A DNA stretch of 64,000 nt from an uncultured Trueperaceae bacterium. GTDB taxonomy: Bacteria > Deinococcota > Deinococci > Deinococcales > Trueperaceae. Of the stretch, positions 30,698 to 40,618 are shown piece after piece (the first letter of the stretch is position 1; each line of letters starts with the position of its first letter). The notes beneath the pieces are model-generated. The model saw only the letters and a list, made by a program, of their open reading frames with translations, had not been told where the DNA came from and made no database searches. A program made the translations under genes and the position numbers. Location of the stretch: contig CAWCXJ010000010.1 in NCBI GenBank assembly GCA_963799485.1, positions 1 to 64,000 on the forward strand, given 5' to 3'.

Positions 30698-31243
30698 TCA
30701 CCCCTGCCCGCTTGCAGTTTCCGGACGCGTGTCTACAACGAACAGCGCGTCAGCGATAGACTCGGCCCACGCTTCGATCTTCTGCCAGTCCCGGAAATCC
30801 CCTTCGAGCCCGCGCATCGACGGGTAACGCCACCAGTCCCCGACGCTCAGGTGTTTGGGGTCGAAACGCCCGCCGAACAGCACGCTGCCGCGCGGGTGGA
30901 TATAGGTGATCAGGGTGTTTAAGAGTTTCGGATGTTCTTTCCAGTTGCGCATGGTCTCAATCGGCGCTTCGCCGGCGACGCCGCTCGAGAATAGCCACAC
31001 CGGCAGGGTCTCGAGCCGGTCGACAAAACGCCGGGCGAAGTCGGTGGCGTCTAAGAGCCAGTCGCCTTCGTAGAGGGCGCTGCCCAGGATCACGGCGTGG
31101 TAGGGCTCCAGGCTCAGCACGTCCCCCGCAGACTGAACGCTCGCCGCTTGACCGCGCCGGGTCAGCACCCGGGCGACTGCCTCGGCGATCTCGCGGGTGG
31201 CCCCGTGCTGGCTGGCGTAGGCGACGAGAACAGTATCTTCCAC
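30698..31243 (-). CDS. flavodoxin-domain protein (HemG-like)
   Basis: VLVAYASQHGATREIAEAV, VILGSALY, VWLFSSG, GDFRDWQKIEAWA. Confidence 0.88.
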   Translation of the reverse strand: MEDTVLVAYASQHGATREIAEAVARVLTRRGQAASVQSAGDVLSLEPYHAVILGSALYEGDWLLDATDFARRFVDRLETLPVWLFSSGVAGEAPIETMRNWKEHPKLLNTLITYIHPRGSVLFGGRFDPKHLSVGDWWRYPSMRGLEGDFRDWQKIEAWAESIADALFVVDTRPETASGQG

Positions 31244-31258
31244 TCCATAACCTCCTGG

Positions 31259-31834
31259 TCAGGCTCGAGACGTACCGTGCGCTTCTCCCGCACGCTTAAA
31301 ACCGGAACCGGCCGGAGCGCCGAGCCGGGGCAAGATAAAGTAGTCGAGGCCGTAGTAGCCCGCCACGCGCCACGCCAGCACGAGCCAGGTAGCGAGGATA
31401 AACATCACCGGGTTCGTCGAGACCGTCCCGGCCAGGAGAAACGCGGCGTTCAGCAGCCCGCCCATAAAAGCGCTGAACCCGACCAGAAAACCGGTGATGA
31501 GAGCGACGCCGACGAGCACTTCACCGAAGGCAACGAGGTGACTCATCACGGGCGCGTTCGGCAAAAAGATGTTCTCGATAAGCCACCCGTACCAGCCCTG
31601 AACGCTGGGGTGGTCGCCTGTAGTCAGCTCAAGCGCCCCGCCCAAAAAACCCCTGACTGCGCCGCCCGCATTCGGCCCGACCCACGCCGGATCGGTGATT
31701 TTGCCCCAACCCGAACGTAACCAGAGAAAGCCCAAATAGATACGAATCACAGCCCAGACAGGAGCCATAAACCTCGAGGCGAACAAGAACTTGCTGATAC
31801 TGGGTTCCGGATAAAACCTCCGGTCGCTGGTCAT
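31259..31834 (-). CDS. DoxX/DoxD-like membrane protein
   Basis: RIYLGFLWLRSGWGKI, HPSVQGWY, GEVLVGVALITG, LAGTVSTNP, WRVAGYYGLD. Confidence 0.88.
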   Translation of the reverse strand: MTSDRRFYPEPSISKFLFASRFMAPVWAVIRIYLGFLWLRSGWGKITDPAWVGPNAGGAVRGFLGGALELTTGDHPSVQGWYGWLIENIFLPNAPVMSHLVAFGEVLVGVALITGFLVGFSAFMGGLLNAAFLLAGTVSTNPVMFILATWLVLAWRVAGYYGLDYFILPRLGAPAGSGFKRAGEAHGTSRA

Positions 31835-32110
31835 TTTTCTACCTCCTGACAAAGTCGACGTTTTCTGATGTTCTACGGCTCTTTGACGTTTTACAGAACC
31901 ACGCTCTTTACGGAATCACTCTCTTGGCCGGTCATGAAAATCACTTCAAACTAGACCGTCCAGAACTTTCACACCAAGTTTTCACGGTATAAATCTGAAC
32001 CGTAGATAAAACACCTCCTTTAACGGCAGTATGAAAGGGACAAAGGCAGCTTTCGTCCGGCAAAGGGTGCAGGGGCGCTACATCTTTCAGAGTATTTTTT
32101 TGAGGGTATC

Positions 32111-32326
32111 TTGCGGCTCGTGCGCTGCTTGTTCTTGATCAACGACACTTTTTTGCATCAGACGGGAGACGAGGCGCTGCGCGTCGTGGCGCGACTTTTC
32201 CGAGGCCACCTGCGCGAAGTCGGTACCGTCGCCCGCTGCGGTGGCGCGGAGTTCTTGCTGCTATCTCCGGAAACGCCTGCGCCAGGTGTGTTTACGGTTA
32301 TGCGCCAGTCGAAAAAAATGGCTTGA
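32111..32326 (+). pseudogene. GGDEF-domain remnant
   Basis: INDTFLHQTGDEALRVVA...VARCGGAEF: degenerate NDxxGHxxGD and RxGGEEF motifs, short fragment only. Confidence 0.65.
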
Positions 32327-32430
32327 GGAGCGTTGCCGATCAGACGATATTTGCTCATCGGTACACGACAAAACTCAACGGTTTTAGGACGAACAGCGGC
32401 GAATCGGGTAGCCAACCCGCGAGCGGCAAC

Positions 32431-33894
32431 CTAGCTGTCGACCGGATACGGCTTCCCCAAAGGCAACGTCGCCCGCAGCGTCGTTCCCCGACCGGGCGCG
32501 CTGTCAAGCTCGAGGCTCCCTCCCAGCAGTTCGGCGCGTTCGCGCATCGAGGAGAGCCCCAGATGACCCGGAAACCCGGCGTCGGGTGCAAAGCCTACAC
32601 CGTCGTCGGTGATTTCCAGTACCGCCTGCTGCGCTTCGACTTTTAGCGTGAGTGAGACGCGCTTCGCCTGGGCGTGCTTGAAGATGTTGTGCAGCGCCTC
32701 CTGCGCGATGCGGTAGAGCGCTTCCTTGGCCACCATGGAAAATTCGGGTTCGTCGGGCAGCGAGGTTTCGATCTCGAGCGGACACCTAGCTTGCAGCGCC
32801 GCCGTCTGTTTGTTGAGCGCGCTCACGAGCCCTTCGGTCGCCAGCGTTTCAGGGCGCAGCTCGAAAATCAGCGCGCGCATCTCGGTGATACCCGATTCGG
32901 CGAGTTTGAGCACGTAGTCGAGGCGCTCACCGACCCGCTCTAGGTGCGTCGGCAGCTGGCTCCGCGCACTTCTCGCACCTAGTGCGATGCCGTAAAGCGA
33001 TTGCGAAACGGAGTCGTGGAGTTCACGGGCCAGGCGCTGACGTTCCTCGAGTGCCACCCGGCTCTGCATATCGGCAAACAAGCGGGCGTTTTGCACCGCA
33101 AAGGCGCTCTGGTCGGCGATGGCCTGCAAAAACTCGGTATCGGCACCCTGCGCGTAACCGGGCGGATAAAAGCTCAGGAGCGCCCCGACGCGTTCGCCCC
33201 GGTAACGCAGCGGCACGCCCTGAACGCCGCTCCAGGGTGTGCTGAGTTCGGTATAGACGGCCTGGTCGCCGCTCAGCAGATTGTGCGTTAGAAGCGGCTC
33301 GAGCGGCGCAGCGTCGGCCCCGAGCCCGAAAGAACCCGTGACGTGGCTCTGAACCGAGTCGTGACTAAACAGCACGACTGCGCCCGCCGTGGCCGCGGTG
33401 GTTTTAACGACCCATTCCGAAATTGTTTGTGAAATCGCGCGAATCGAGGTTTGGAGGGCGAGGCTCGAGACAATCCGCGCTAACACCCTGGCCTCGCGTT
33501 CGGCGCGGCGAGGCTCCGTTACGTCGTGCAGGGCGATGAGCGCGGCGTCTTGGTTCGCTAGAGAAACCGGCACGCCAAAGGCCGAAACCTCGCATTCCCT
33601 GCCACCCGGTTGTACAATCGTAAAATCGTGCGCGACGACTGTCCCACCTAAACTCGCCAGAAACCAACCTTCAGCAGCCGCTTGTTGCCTGGTGGCGACG
33701 TACTCGAGAAAGGTGCGCTCGAGTACCCGGTCATAGGGTTCGCCTAAAATCGCGCAGCCGCGCGCGTTCAGGTGCAAAAACCGTCCCTGAGCGTCGGTCA
33801 ACGCGAGACCGTGCGCGGCGACCTCGAACATCCGCGCGAGGATGTCCGCGCCCAACTGTTCAAACAGACTGCGTTTTTCAGAGGGGTTGTTCAT
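32431..33894 (-). CDS. PAS-GAF sensor histidine kinase (HisKA_3)
   Basis: PAS, GAF (FLQAIADQSAFAVQNARL), EERQRLARELHDSVSQ, QEALHNIFKHA, DDGVGF. Confidence 0.93.
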   Translation of the reverse strand: MNNPSEKRSLFEQLGADILARMFEVAAHGLALTDAQGRFLHLNARGCAILGEPYDRVLERTFLEYVATRQQAAAEGWFLASLGGTVVAHDFTIVQPGGRECEVSAFGVPVSLANQDAALIALHDVTEPRRAEREARVLARIVSSLALQTSIRAISQTISEWVVKTTAATAGAVVLFSHDSVQSHVTGSFGLGADAAPLEPLLTHNLLSGDQAVYTELSTPWSGVQGVPLRYRGERVGALLSFYPPGYAQGADTEFLQAIADQSAFAVQNARLFADMQSRVALEERQRLARELHDSVSQSLYGIALGARSARSQLPTHLERVGERLDYVLKLAESGITEMRALIFELRPETLATEGLVSALNKQTAALQARCPLEIETSLPDEPEFSMVAKEALYRIAQEALHNIFKHAQAKRVSLTLKVEAQQAVLEITDDGVGFAPDAGFPGHLGLSSMRERAELLGGSLELDSAPGRGTTLRATLPLGKPYPVDS

Positions 33895-33897
33895 ATG

Positions 33898-34536
33898 CTA
33901 GTCAAGACTGACGAGCCCCTGCTTGAGCGCAAACAGCGCCGCCTGGGTACGCGACGATACGTCGAGCTTCGACAAGAGCCTCGAGACGTGCGTCTTGACC
34001 GTAAGTTCGGACAGTCCCAGCGTCTGGGCAATCTCTCTGTTCGCGTGACCCTTTCCGATGAGCCGCAAGATGTCGGTCTCGCGGGCCGTGAGCGACTCGC
34101 GCATGTCGGCGGTTCGCACCTCCTTGACGAGGCGTTTGGCAGCTTCCGGGTGCAACCTGACCTCGCCGCGACCGGCGGCGTAAACCGCTTCGATGAGTGC
34201 GTCCGCGTCGGTGTCTTTGAGCAAATAGCCCATCGCCCCGGCCTGCACCGCGTCGATAACCAGATGGTCTTCTAATACGCTTGTCACGGCAATAACCTCG
34301 ACCTCGGGAAAGCGCGCCTTGATGTTGCGGGTGGCGCTCACCCCGTCCATGACGGGCATCAAGAGATCCATCAGCACCACGTCGGGCCGAAGCGCCGCGA
34401 CCGCCGCGAGCGCCTCTTTGCCGTTTGCGGCCTCACCGACTACGACAAGCCGTTCGTCGGGCTCCAGAAAAAGCCGAAGACCCTCACGCACGACGGCGTG
34501 GTCATCGACCAGCAAGATACGAACCGCCGCGTTCAT
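33898..34536 (-). CDS. NarL/LiaR-family response regulator
   Basis: LVDDHAVVREG, LMDLLMPVMDG, GYLLKD, LTARETDIL...TVKTHVS. Confidence 0.95.
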   Translation of the reverse strand: MNAAVRILLVDDHAVVREGLRLFLEPDERLVVVGEAANGKEALAAVAALRPDVVLMDLLMPVMDGVSATRNIKARFPEVEVIAVTSVLEDHLVIDAVQAGAMGYLLKDTDADALIEAVYAAGRGEVRLHPEAAKRLVKEVRTADMRESLTARETDILRLIGKGHANREIAQTLGLSELTVKTHVSRLLSKLDVSSRTQAALFALKQGLVSLD

Positions 34537-34749
34537 CCGCTTCAGCTTATCAGGTATCGGTTCCGGATGCGTTTTTTAGCCGTGCCCAACCCGGCACTAC
34601 ATCTCTACCCGGCACTACATCTTTAGCTGTACGCGTTATAGCTTCCTTTGCAGGGCGACGCCGCCTGTAAACCCACCCAATGATAAGGTATGCGCCAGCG
34701 GGAGGGCCGAAAATGCGGCATCTAAGAAACTGTAATTCAACCACAGGCG

Positions 34750-35676
34750 GTGAAGACGGTGCAGAAAACAGTGTACAAGCGTATCCTTATGCCCCTCGAC
34801 GGGAGCCCTTGCAGCGAACAGGCGCTGGGCTGGGGGCTCGAGTTCGCCCGCGCCTTGGACGCGGAGGTGGCCTTTTTATATGTGCTGGAAAACCCCTTGA
34901 GCAGCACCTACCTGCCGGGGGGTGCCCTTTACGCCACTGAGCTGATGCAAGATTTGCACGAAGCCGGCACCGCCATTCTGGAAAACGCGAAGGTGCGCGC
35001 CGAAGCTGCGGGCGTAGCCTGCGACGCGTTTATCCGGGGGGCCGGCCGACCTGCGGAGGCCATCCTCGCGGCTGAAAGCGCCTATCACCTGACACTTATG
35101 GGAACGCACAGCCGCCGGGGGCTAGACCGTTTGTTTCTCGGGTCGGTGACCGAAGCGGTGCTGCGCCGCTCGGATAAACCGCACCTCATCCTCCACTGCC
35201 ATGAGGAGAACACAGCGGTACATTCTCCCAACCTCGAGCATTTCCTTTTTCCCATCGACGGCAGCGTCTGCAGCGAGTACGCCACCGAAGCAGGCTTAAA
35301 CCTGGCTGCGGCACTCGGGGCCGGGGTCACTTTTTTGTACGCGCTCGAGACCCCCTTTGCCATTTACACCATCCCCGAAATGACGAGCTACCAAACCGAC
35401 ATCCGTGAAGACTTGAAAAAAGCCGCGCAAACGTCGCTAGGCAAAGCTCAGCGCCGCGCCGCCGAGCTCGGGGTCGAGGCGGACGTCCGGCTTATAGAAA
35501 CCCCCAATACCCGCGCTGAGGAAGCCATTTTAACCGCCGAAAAAGCGTTCGACTTGACGGTTATGGGTACGCACGGTCGCCGGGGTCTGGGCCGCGCGCT
35601 GCTCGGCTCGGTCACAGAAGGCGTGCTGCGGCAGTCCTCGGCTCCCCATCTCATCGTGCGCTGTAGGGAGCGGTAG
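34750..35676 (+). CDS. tandem-domain universal stress protein
   Basis: Two USP domains, each with P(L/I)DGS and GTH..RGL...LGSVTE. Confidence 0.93.
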   Translation: MKTVQKTVYKRILMPLDGSPCSEQALGWGLEFARALDAEVAFLYVLENPLSSTYLPGGALYATELMQDLHEAGTAILENAKVRAEAAGVACDAFIRGAGRPAEAILAAESAYHLTLMGTHSRRGLDRLFLGSVTEAVLRRSDKPHLILHCHEENTAVHSPNLEHFLFPIDGSVCSEYATEAGLNLAAALGAGVTFLYALETPFAIYTIPEMTSYQTDIREDLKKAAQTSLGKAQRRAAELGVEADVRLIETPNTRAEEAILTAEKAFDLTVMGTHGRRGLGRALLGSVTEGVLRQSSAPHLIVRCRER

Positions 35677-35835
35677 ACGGGCTGTGGCCAACTACGGTAG
35701 CAAAGACGTGTGTTTTTCTCTATCAGTAGTCTGTTGACAAGCGCAGTGATCGGCTTTAGAACCGAATGAAAAGTCGTCGTAGCTTTGCACAAAAACCCCA
35801 CAAAAACCTTCATCTGCACAAGAAGTCAAGACTAT

Positions 35836-36955
35836 GCACTAAAACCCGGACGAAAGTCTGTATAGTCCTGGATGAATCAAAAAACGCAGACTTCGGCCCT
35901 CTCATTACGAGCGTTCACGAGCCCCCACAAAACGCTTCTCAAAGACCGCCGCTTGCACGAAGGACTTGACGCGTGCGTGTGGGGCATCATTGGTAGCGGA
36001 GGTTGCAAGGTGGCGCAGATGGCGGCGTGCAATCTTTTGACGGCGGGGACGAAACACGGCGAACGCAGGTTGAGGCGGTTGTTGCACGGTAGCAACAACC
36101 GCACCGAGATGACGGCCCAGGCGTTGGGAAGTGCTCACGTCCGAAGGGGCGAAACAGTTGGCGGGCGAACACGAGGTGCTGCTCATCATCGATGAGTCCG
36201 ACCTCAAAGCCGTTTGCACGCGAGCTGGCGTGTCTCGGTACGGTACGTGACCCCGACGGTAATTTGGTTTCCGGGTTTCACACGCTCACAGTTTTGGGCA
36301 GCGGCGAGACGGGTCGGCGGGCGCTTTTGTACCAGCACAGCTGTTCAGCTCAGGCTCCAGGGTTTGTCAGCGTCAATGACGAATATCGCACGGCGATGAA
36401 AGAGGTTTCAGCTGCGCTTAGCGCCGAGCGGGTAGGACGGTTGTTATGGGTGACGAACCGAGGTTTTGACGACCTACAAACTGCTGCGGTGGCTCCATGG
36501 GCGCGGTGAATGCTTCGTAGTGCCTTCGCAACATCCCAAGCGGCGAGCCAAAATACGCGTAGACGCCCCTGCCAAGCCGCTTGCAAGCTGGCTCGGTGAG
36601 GCTGCTGTTACAGGTCAACTGCCGTTGGAAAAACAGTTGCTGAGCACGACCTCCCGGGCCTGCTACCAAGTGGATGTCCGTGCCTTGGCCTGGCTTGCCG
36701 CCGCGTTTAGCTTCGACCTCGGCGCAACCCTCGAGCAACCCGAAGTTTTGTTCCTAGCGACGCTCGGCGGCTGGACGCCGGGTAAAGCTAAACCTGGTAA
36801 AGCTGCCCTCGGCAAGGGTCTCGCCCGGCTATCACATCATCTGGTGCTTGAGCAGCTCGCCAGAAAACCGGCTAAGGCCGCCTCGTTACGCTGCTTGACC
36901 CATGACTTACTGCGTTCCTGACCTGCTCGATCGACTTTCGTCCGGGTTTTAGTGC
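35836..36955 (+). mobile_element. degenerate IS (IS4/ISH3-like DDE) with perfect 23-bp terminal IRs
   Basis: GCACTAAAACCCGGACGAAAGTC at 35836-35858 and its exact reverse complement at 36933-36955. Internal transposase fragments in several frames (VLLIIDESDL, LLWVTNRGFDD, LATLGGW). Confidence 0.8.
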
Positions 36956-36978
36956 CCGGCGCGGCTTAAGCTTAGCGT

Positions 36979-37503
36979 GTGAATCACGCCGACGCCGTTT
37001 CCTTTATCGAGGCCGGGGTTACAGCTTCCGGCGAAACCTGGGCCGACCTCGGGGCCGGAAGCGGCGTTTTTACCCGCGCCCTCAGCGACCTGCTCGGCCC
37101 GCAAGGTGAGGTTATCGCCGTGGACCGGGACGCGCGCGCCCTCCAGGAAATCGGCGCGCCGCCCGTTTCCGGCGCGCCGATACGTTTTTACCGGGCCGAC
37201 TTTAGAGCGCGTCTCGAGCTGCCCAATCTAGACGGCCTGCTGCTCGCCAACTCGCTTCACTTCGTCATGCGGCAAGAACGTGTGTTGCGCCAACTCATAA
37301 GCTATGTGCGCCCCGGCGGAAAAATCCTTGTCGCCGAATACGATGTTCGGCAGGCCTCACCGTGGAATCCGTATCCTGTCCCGCTCGAGCGGTTGCAAAA
37401 ACTTGCCGCCGCCGCAGGTTTGCAAGGGGTCACAGAACTAGCGCGTCGGCCTTCGCGCTTCGGTGGACGCGACCTCTATACGGCAGTCGCGCTCAAACCC
37501 TGA
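36979..37503 (+). CDS. class I SAM-dependent methyltransferase
   Basis: WADLGAGSGVFT, AVDRD, ANSLHF, RPGGKILVAEYD. Confidence 0.88.
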   Translation: MNHADAVSFIEAGVTASGETWADLGAGSGVFTRALSDLLGPQGEVIAVDRDARALQEIGAPPVSGAPIRFYRADFRARLELPNLDGLLLANSLHFVMRQERVLRQLISYVRPGGKILVAEYDVRQASPWNPYPVPLERLQKLAAAAGLQGVTELARRPSRFGGRDLYTAVALKP

Positions 37504-37909
37504 ACGTGCCGTGCTCGGGAGGGTATTTCTCAGGCTTTTCAAGGGAACGCGCTTTAATCGCCGCCGCCGAACGCTTAGCCCGCGCTCGTAAAAACGTCTC
37601 GACCAGCGAGCCGGTCGTAACACCCTGAAAAAGATGCTCCCGGTACGCTCCACGCCTCAAAAGCCGATGTTGCGTCCTAAAAGTCCGAGCCTGAGTTGGC
37701 GTCTGGGCAGGTACGTTTTGCCGTTCAAAACGTCTGCAAAAGCGTTGGGTAACCAGTCCACGGCTTTTAGGCGCGCCCTAACGTCGGCGACGGTGCACTG
37801 TGGACGAGGAGTTTGATCTGGTGAACTACTACAAGGGGACTGGGGTCAGTGCGGCGCGGCTAAACGGTTTCGCAAAAGGCCTATAGATCGCAAATTAGGT
37901 ACCTAAGAG

Positions 37910-38101
37910 CTACCACCCTGGAGGGTCACTTGCCGGGAACGACTCCCAAGAGGCTTGATCGACACGGTTCCAGGTCTTCTCCTCAGACCTTTTCGCTACA
38001 GTTTGCGCGCCCCGTGTTTTGTCCCTATCGCGTTGTTTTTCCCCGCGAGCGCCCGGCTCGGATTGTTGGGCTTTGGTAGCGGCTTTTTCTTCGTGAGTCA
38101 C
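37910..38101 (-). CDS. small hydrophilic protein with an ESFPASDPP motif
   Basis: VDQASWESFPASDPPGW C-terminus; RBS gggagg before GTG. Confidence 0.75.
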   Translation of the reverse strand: MTHEEKAATKAQQSEPGARGEKQRDRDKTRGAQTVAKRSEEKTWNRVDQASWESFPASDPPGW

Positions 38102-38257
38102 GTTTGCCTCCCCTCACGCTTTCCTACAGGTGTATGCACACCATACTGGCACACAACTTCCTTTTTATCGCGGTTCTTAAAGACATCGGGTGCACGACCC
38201 GGCTTTGACGCCGATACAGGGTTCACAGATAACATCGGCCGGTTCCCGGTAGGAGCA

Positions 38258-38542
38258 TTATAGAAGTGTCAGCGCGACCAGAAGCAGCGAAGTGACGAGC
38301 GAAATGGGAGTAATGCGGCTCGAGAACCGCTGCAACGCGGCGCGGTTTTGGATGGTGGTAGTCTTCCCTGCCGCCTCCCCAACTTCACGCTCAGCCAGCG
38401 CCGGCTGCCGGCTGCCGATAAGGTAGCCGTGCGCGCCGACGGTCACGGTGAGGACGAGGAGAAGCAGCAGGCGCACAAGTGTCCAGGTTGAAAAGCCTTG
38501 CAAGAGCAGGGCGAGCCAGACGAGCAGCAGCGGGCCAGTCAC
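38258..38542 (-). pseudogene. membrane protein C-terminal fragment (CopD/DUF4149-like)
   Basis: Hydrophobic helices with AHGYLIG; only 34 bp from the upstream gene and no clear N-terminal half. Confidence 0.4.
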
Positions 38543-38576
38543 ACTCCGGCGAGAAGCCCCTCGCGCGTATTCAAAA

Positions 38577-38828
38577 TCACCGCTTCGCCAGCAGCGCCGT
38601 CAAGTCGGCAAAAGTGGCCTCGACATCGTCGACCCGGCAGGTTCGGCCTAACACCTGCTTTAAGGTCATGCATCTGGCACCACGGTGGCAGCGCGTCAGC
38701 GGGTTGACGCCGTGCTTTTCCAGAACTTCGGCAGCTTCGGGACAAACGCTCAAAAGCTCGTCCATCGTCCAGGCAGTAAGTGGGCTCTCCGGGGCCATAT
38801 CAACCAGGCCCACATAAACCAGGTTCAC
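38577..38828 (-). CDS. small Cys-containing protein (DUF1858/ScdA_N-like)
   Basis: TMDELLSVCPEAAEVLEKHGV...C....CMTLKQV...DVEATFADL; start may be 38798. Confidence 0.65.
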   Translation of the reverse strand: MNLVYVGLVDMAPESPLTAWTMDELLSVCPEAAEVLEKHGVNPLTRCHRGARCMTLKQVLGRTCRVDDVEATFADLTALLAKR

Positions 38829-39205
38829 ATAAACCAGGTCAGATAGGTGTCTTCCTGGTGGGTAGCGCGGTGTTTGGGTTCGGATACCCCCGCGACCTTG
38901 TGCAAAAACGCCACGAAGACCAACGCTTCGTCCAGTGCCCGGATAGCGTGAACTTCACCCGCGCCAAAAACGACCAGGGCGTCGGGTTCCAGCAGCACCT
39001 CACGTCCGTCGGCCCCGGAGAACATCCCCTTGCCCCTGAGCACGACGATATGAACCGGCGAGTGCGGCGCGCAGTGTTTAGCAATGTGCTGATGCGGCCT
39101 GAGGGTAAAGCGCAGTACCCGTCCGTTCTCGTCTACAAGCAGCGGTTTAGCCGAGGGGCGCTCGTCACGGAACTCGAGACTTTGCAGTAAAGGCAGGGTC
39201 TTCAT
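38825..39205 (-). CDS. cupin-domain protein
   Basis: FTLRPHQHIAKH...HIVVLRGKG...GEVHAIRA. Confidence 0.82.
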   Translation of the reverse strand: MKTLPLLQSLEFRDERPSAKPLLVDENGRVLRFTLRPHQHIAKHCAPHSPVHIVVLRGKGMFSGADGREVLLEPDALVVFGAGEVHAIRALDEALVFVAFLHKVAGVSEPKHRATHQEDTYLTWFM

Positions 39206-39555
39206 CTTCTCTCCTCACCTTTATCTTTAACGAGGGTGAGGAGCAGGGCGCTCGGCGCGTCGCTGTCGTTGCGGGGTGAAACGCGCGTCTCACCGGAAAA
39301 GCCGAGCAGCTGCCGGGAGGCGAGGACTACCTCGTCCTCCCCCAACTGCACAGTAGTCGTTCCGCTGAGGCCCTGTAAGCGCACGTAGCAGCCGGGGTGC
39401 TGGTGGCGCGGCAGCGCCTGTCCGGGGGCCAGCGTCAGGTGGCTGACCTTGAGGCAGGGCTGCTGCACGAGTACCGTGCGGTTGGGGCGCACCGCGCTCA
39501 CCTCGAGAAAGCTTTCCAACGCCAGGGGTGCGGGCGGGCTTACGTCTGGTTTCAT
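39202..39555 (-). CDS. cupin-domain protein
   Basis: LTLAPGQALPRHQHPG...SG...SPRN; RBS aaggag before ATG 39555. Confidence 0.78.
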   Translation of the reverse strand: MKPDVSPPAPLALESFLEVSAVRPNRTVLVQQPCLKVSHLTLAPGQALPRHQHPGCYVRLQGLSGTTTVQLGEDEVVLASRQLLGFSGETRVSPRNDSDAPSALLLTLVKDKGEERR

Positions 39556-39591
39556 CTTGTCTCCTTTAGCCTCAGCCGCCATAGAAACAGC

Positions 39592-40041
39592 TCAGGCGTC
39601 GCCAAGAGGGGTGTCTTTTGCGGTGGAGCCTTTGTTTATGCCGCTTTGTAGACCGGCAGCGTAGCCCTTCGTTTGGGGCCTAACGAAGAGCACACCCTGC
39701 ATCCGCTCACTCATACGCGACGCGGCGGTATAGATACGCCCTGCCAATTCGGGGACGAACAGCTCAGAGAGCGTCTCCTGAAAAAGCTCGAGCCAGTCCT
39801 GAAAATGTTCGGGTTTAAGTCCTTGTATTAGAAGATGCGCGTGCAGAGGCTGACCGTAGTAGCGTCTGCTGGTAAGCAGCACACTCGACCAGAAGTCCAC
39901 CACGCGCGCCAGATGCGCGTCCCAGCGTCCGGCGAGTGCCGCGTTGAAGATGGGGCCGAGAGTCTCGTGGGTACGCACGCGCGCGTAAAAAGCTCCGACG
40001 AGCGCCTCGATGCTCGCTTCGGTGATAGACGTATGCTTCAT
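39592..40041 (-). CDS. group III truncated hemoglobin (trHbP/Ctb-like)
   Basis: LVGAFYARVR...LGPIF...WDAHLARVVDFWSSVLL...Y.GQPLHAH...HFQDWLELF. Confidence 0.9.
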   Translation of the reverse strand: MKHTSITEASIEALVGAFYARVRTHETLGPIFNAALAGRWDAHLARVVDFWSSVLLTSRRYYGQPLHAHLLIQGLKPEHFQDWLELFQETLSELFVPELAGRIYTAASRMSERMQGVLFVRPQTKGYAAGLQSGINKGSTAKDTPLGDA

Positions 40042-40065
40042 GCCGGGTTCCTTTCAGGTAGCACT

Positions 40066-40403
40066 TTAGGTAACAACTTCGTACTCTGCCTCGTAAACGA
40101 GGCAGTCTCCAGGTCGGTACTTCCATAAGGCCAAATCTTCACGCCAGACGGTAGCGCCGACCGGACAAGCTGCCATCGCCTCGAGCGTCTCACTGGTGAC
40201 GGGGATACGTTCAGGCGTGTTGCGGATAACCGGGGCGGCGGCGTAGCACAGCTCGCAGTAAACGCAGCGCGTCCATACGCATCGTGGTCGGCCCAAACAC
40301 GGTCAGCTTTGGGACAGGCTCGAGCAAACCGATAACCCAAAGAAAGCGCACCAAATAACGGAAACTCGAGGAGCCGTCCGGTAGAGGGAGCCGCAGCCAC
40401 CAT
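40066..40403 (-). pseudogene. ferredoxin-like gene, apparently frameshifted
   Basis: CVYCELCYAAAP...MAACPVGA in the 40066-40296 frame; the upstream frame from ATG 40403 supplies RVWADHDA. Confidence 0.55.
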
Positions 40404-40436
40404 ATGCTTAAGCATGACGACTGCTGCCGGGGTCAC

Positions 40437-40453
40437 GCCATGACCTAAGTCGT
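40437..40453 (-). promoter_or_regulatory. candidate Crp/Fnr box of the ferredoxin-globin operon
   Basis: ACGAC-TTAG-GTCATGGC, 20 nt, CATGCT, 7 nt, ATG. Confidence 0.55.
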
Positions 40454-40618
40454 CACTAGGTCATCACTGTGGGATTACCAAGTCATCACTGTGGGATCAT
40501 CGCAAAAGGCCGCAGTTGGCAAGTCGCTCGAGTTAAAACGTTTGGGTTAAAGCACCGTGGCAAGTTCCGATTAGCGTTGGGAACAAGCTTTCTTAACGTT
40601 CACCCGGCGCTGAACGTC

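Noticed and set aside
23891..31243. Naming the two flavodoxins hemG
   Set aside because: Family resemblance only; protoporphyrinogen oxidase activity cannot be established from sequence.
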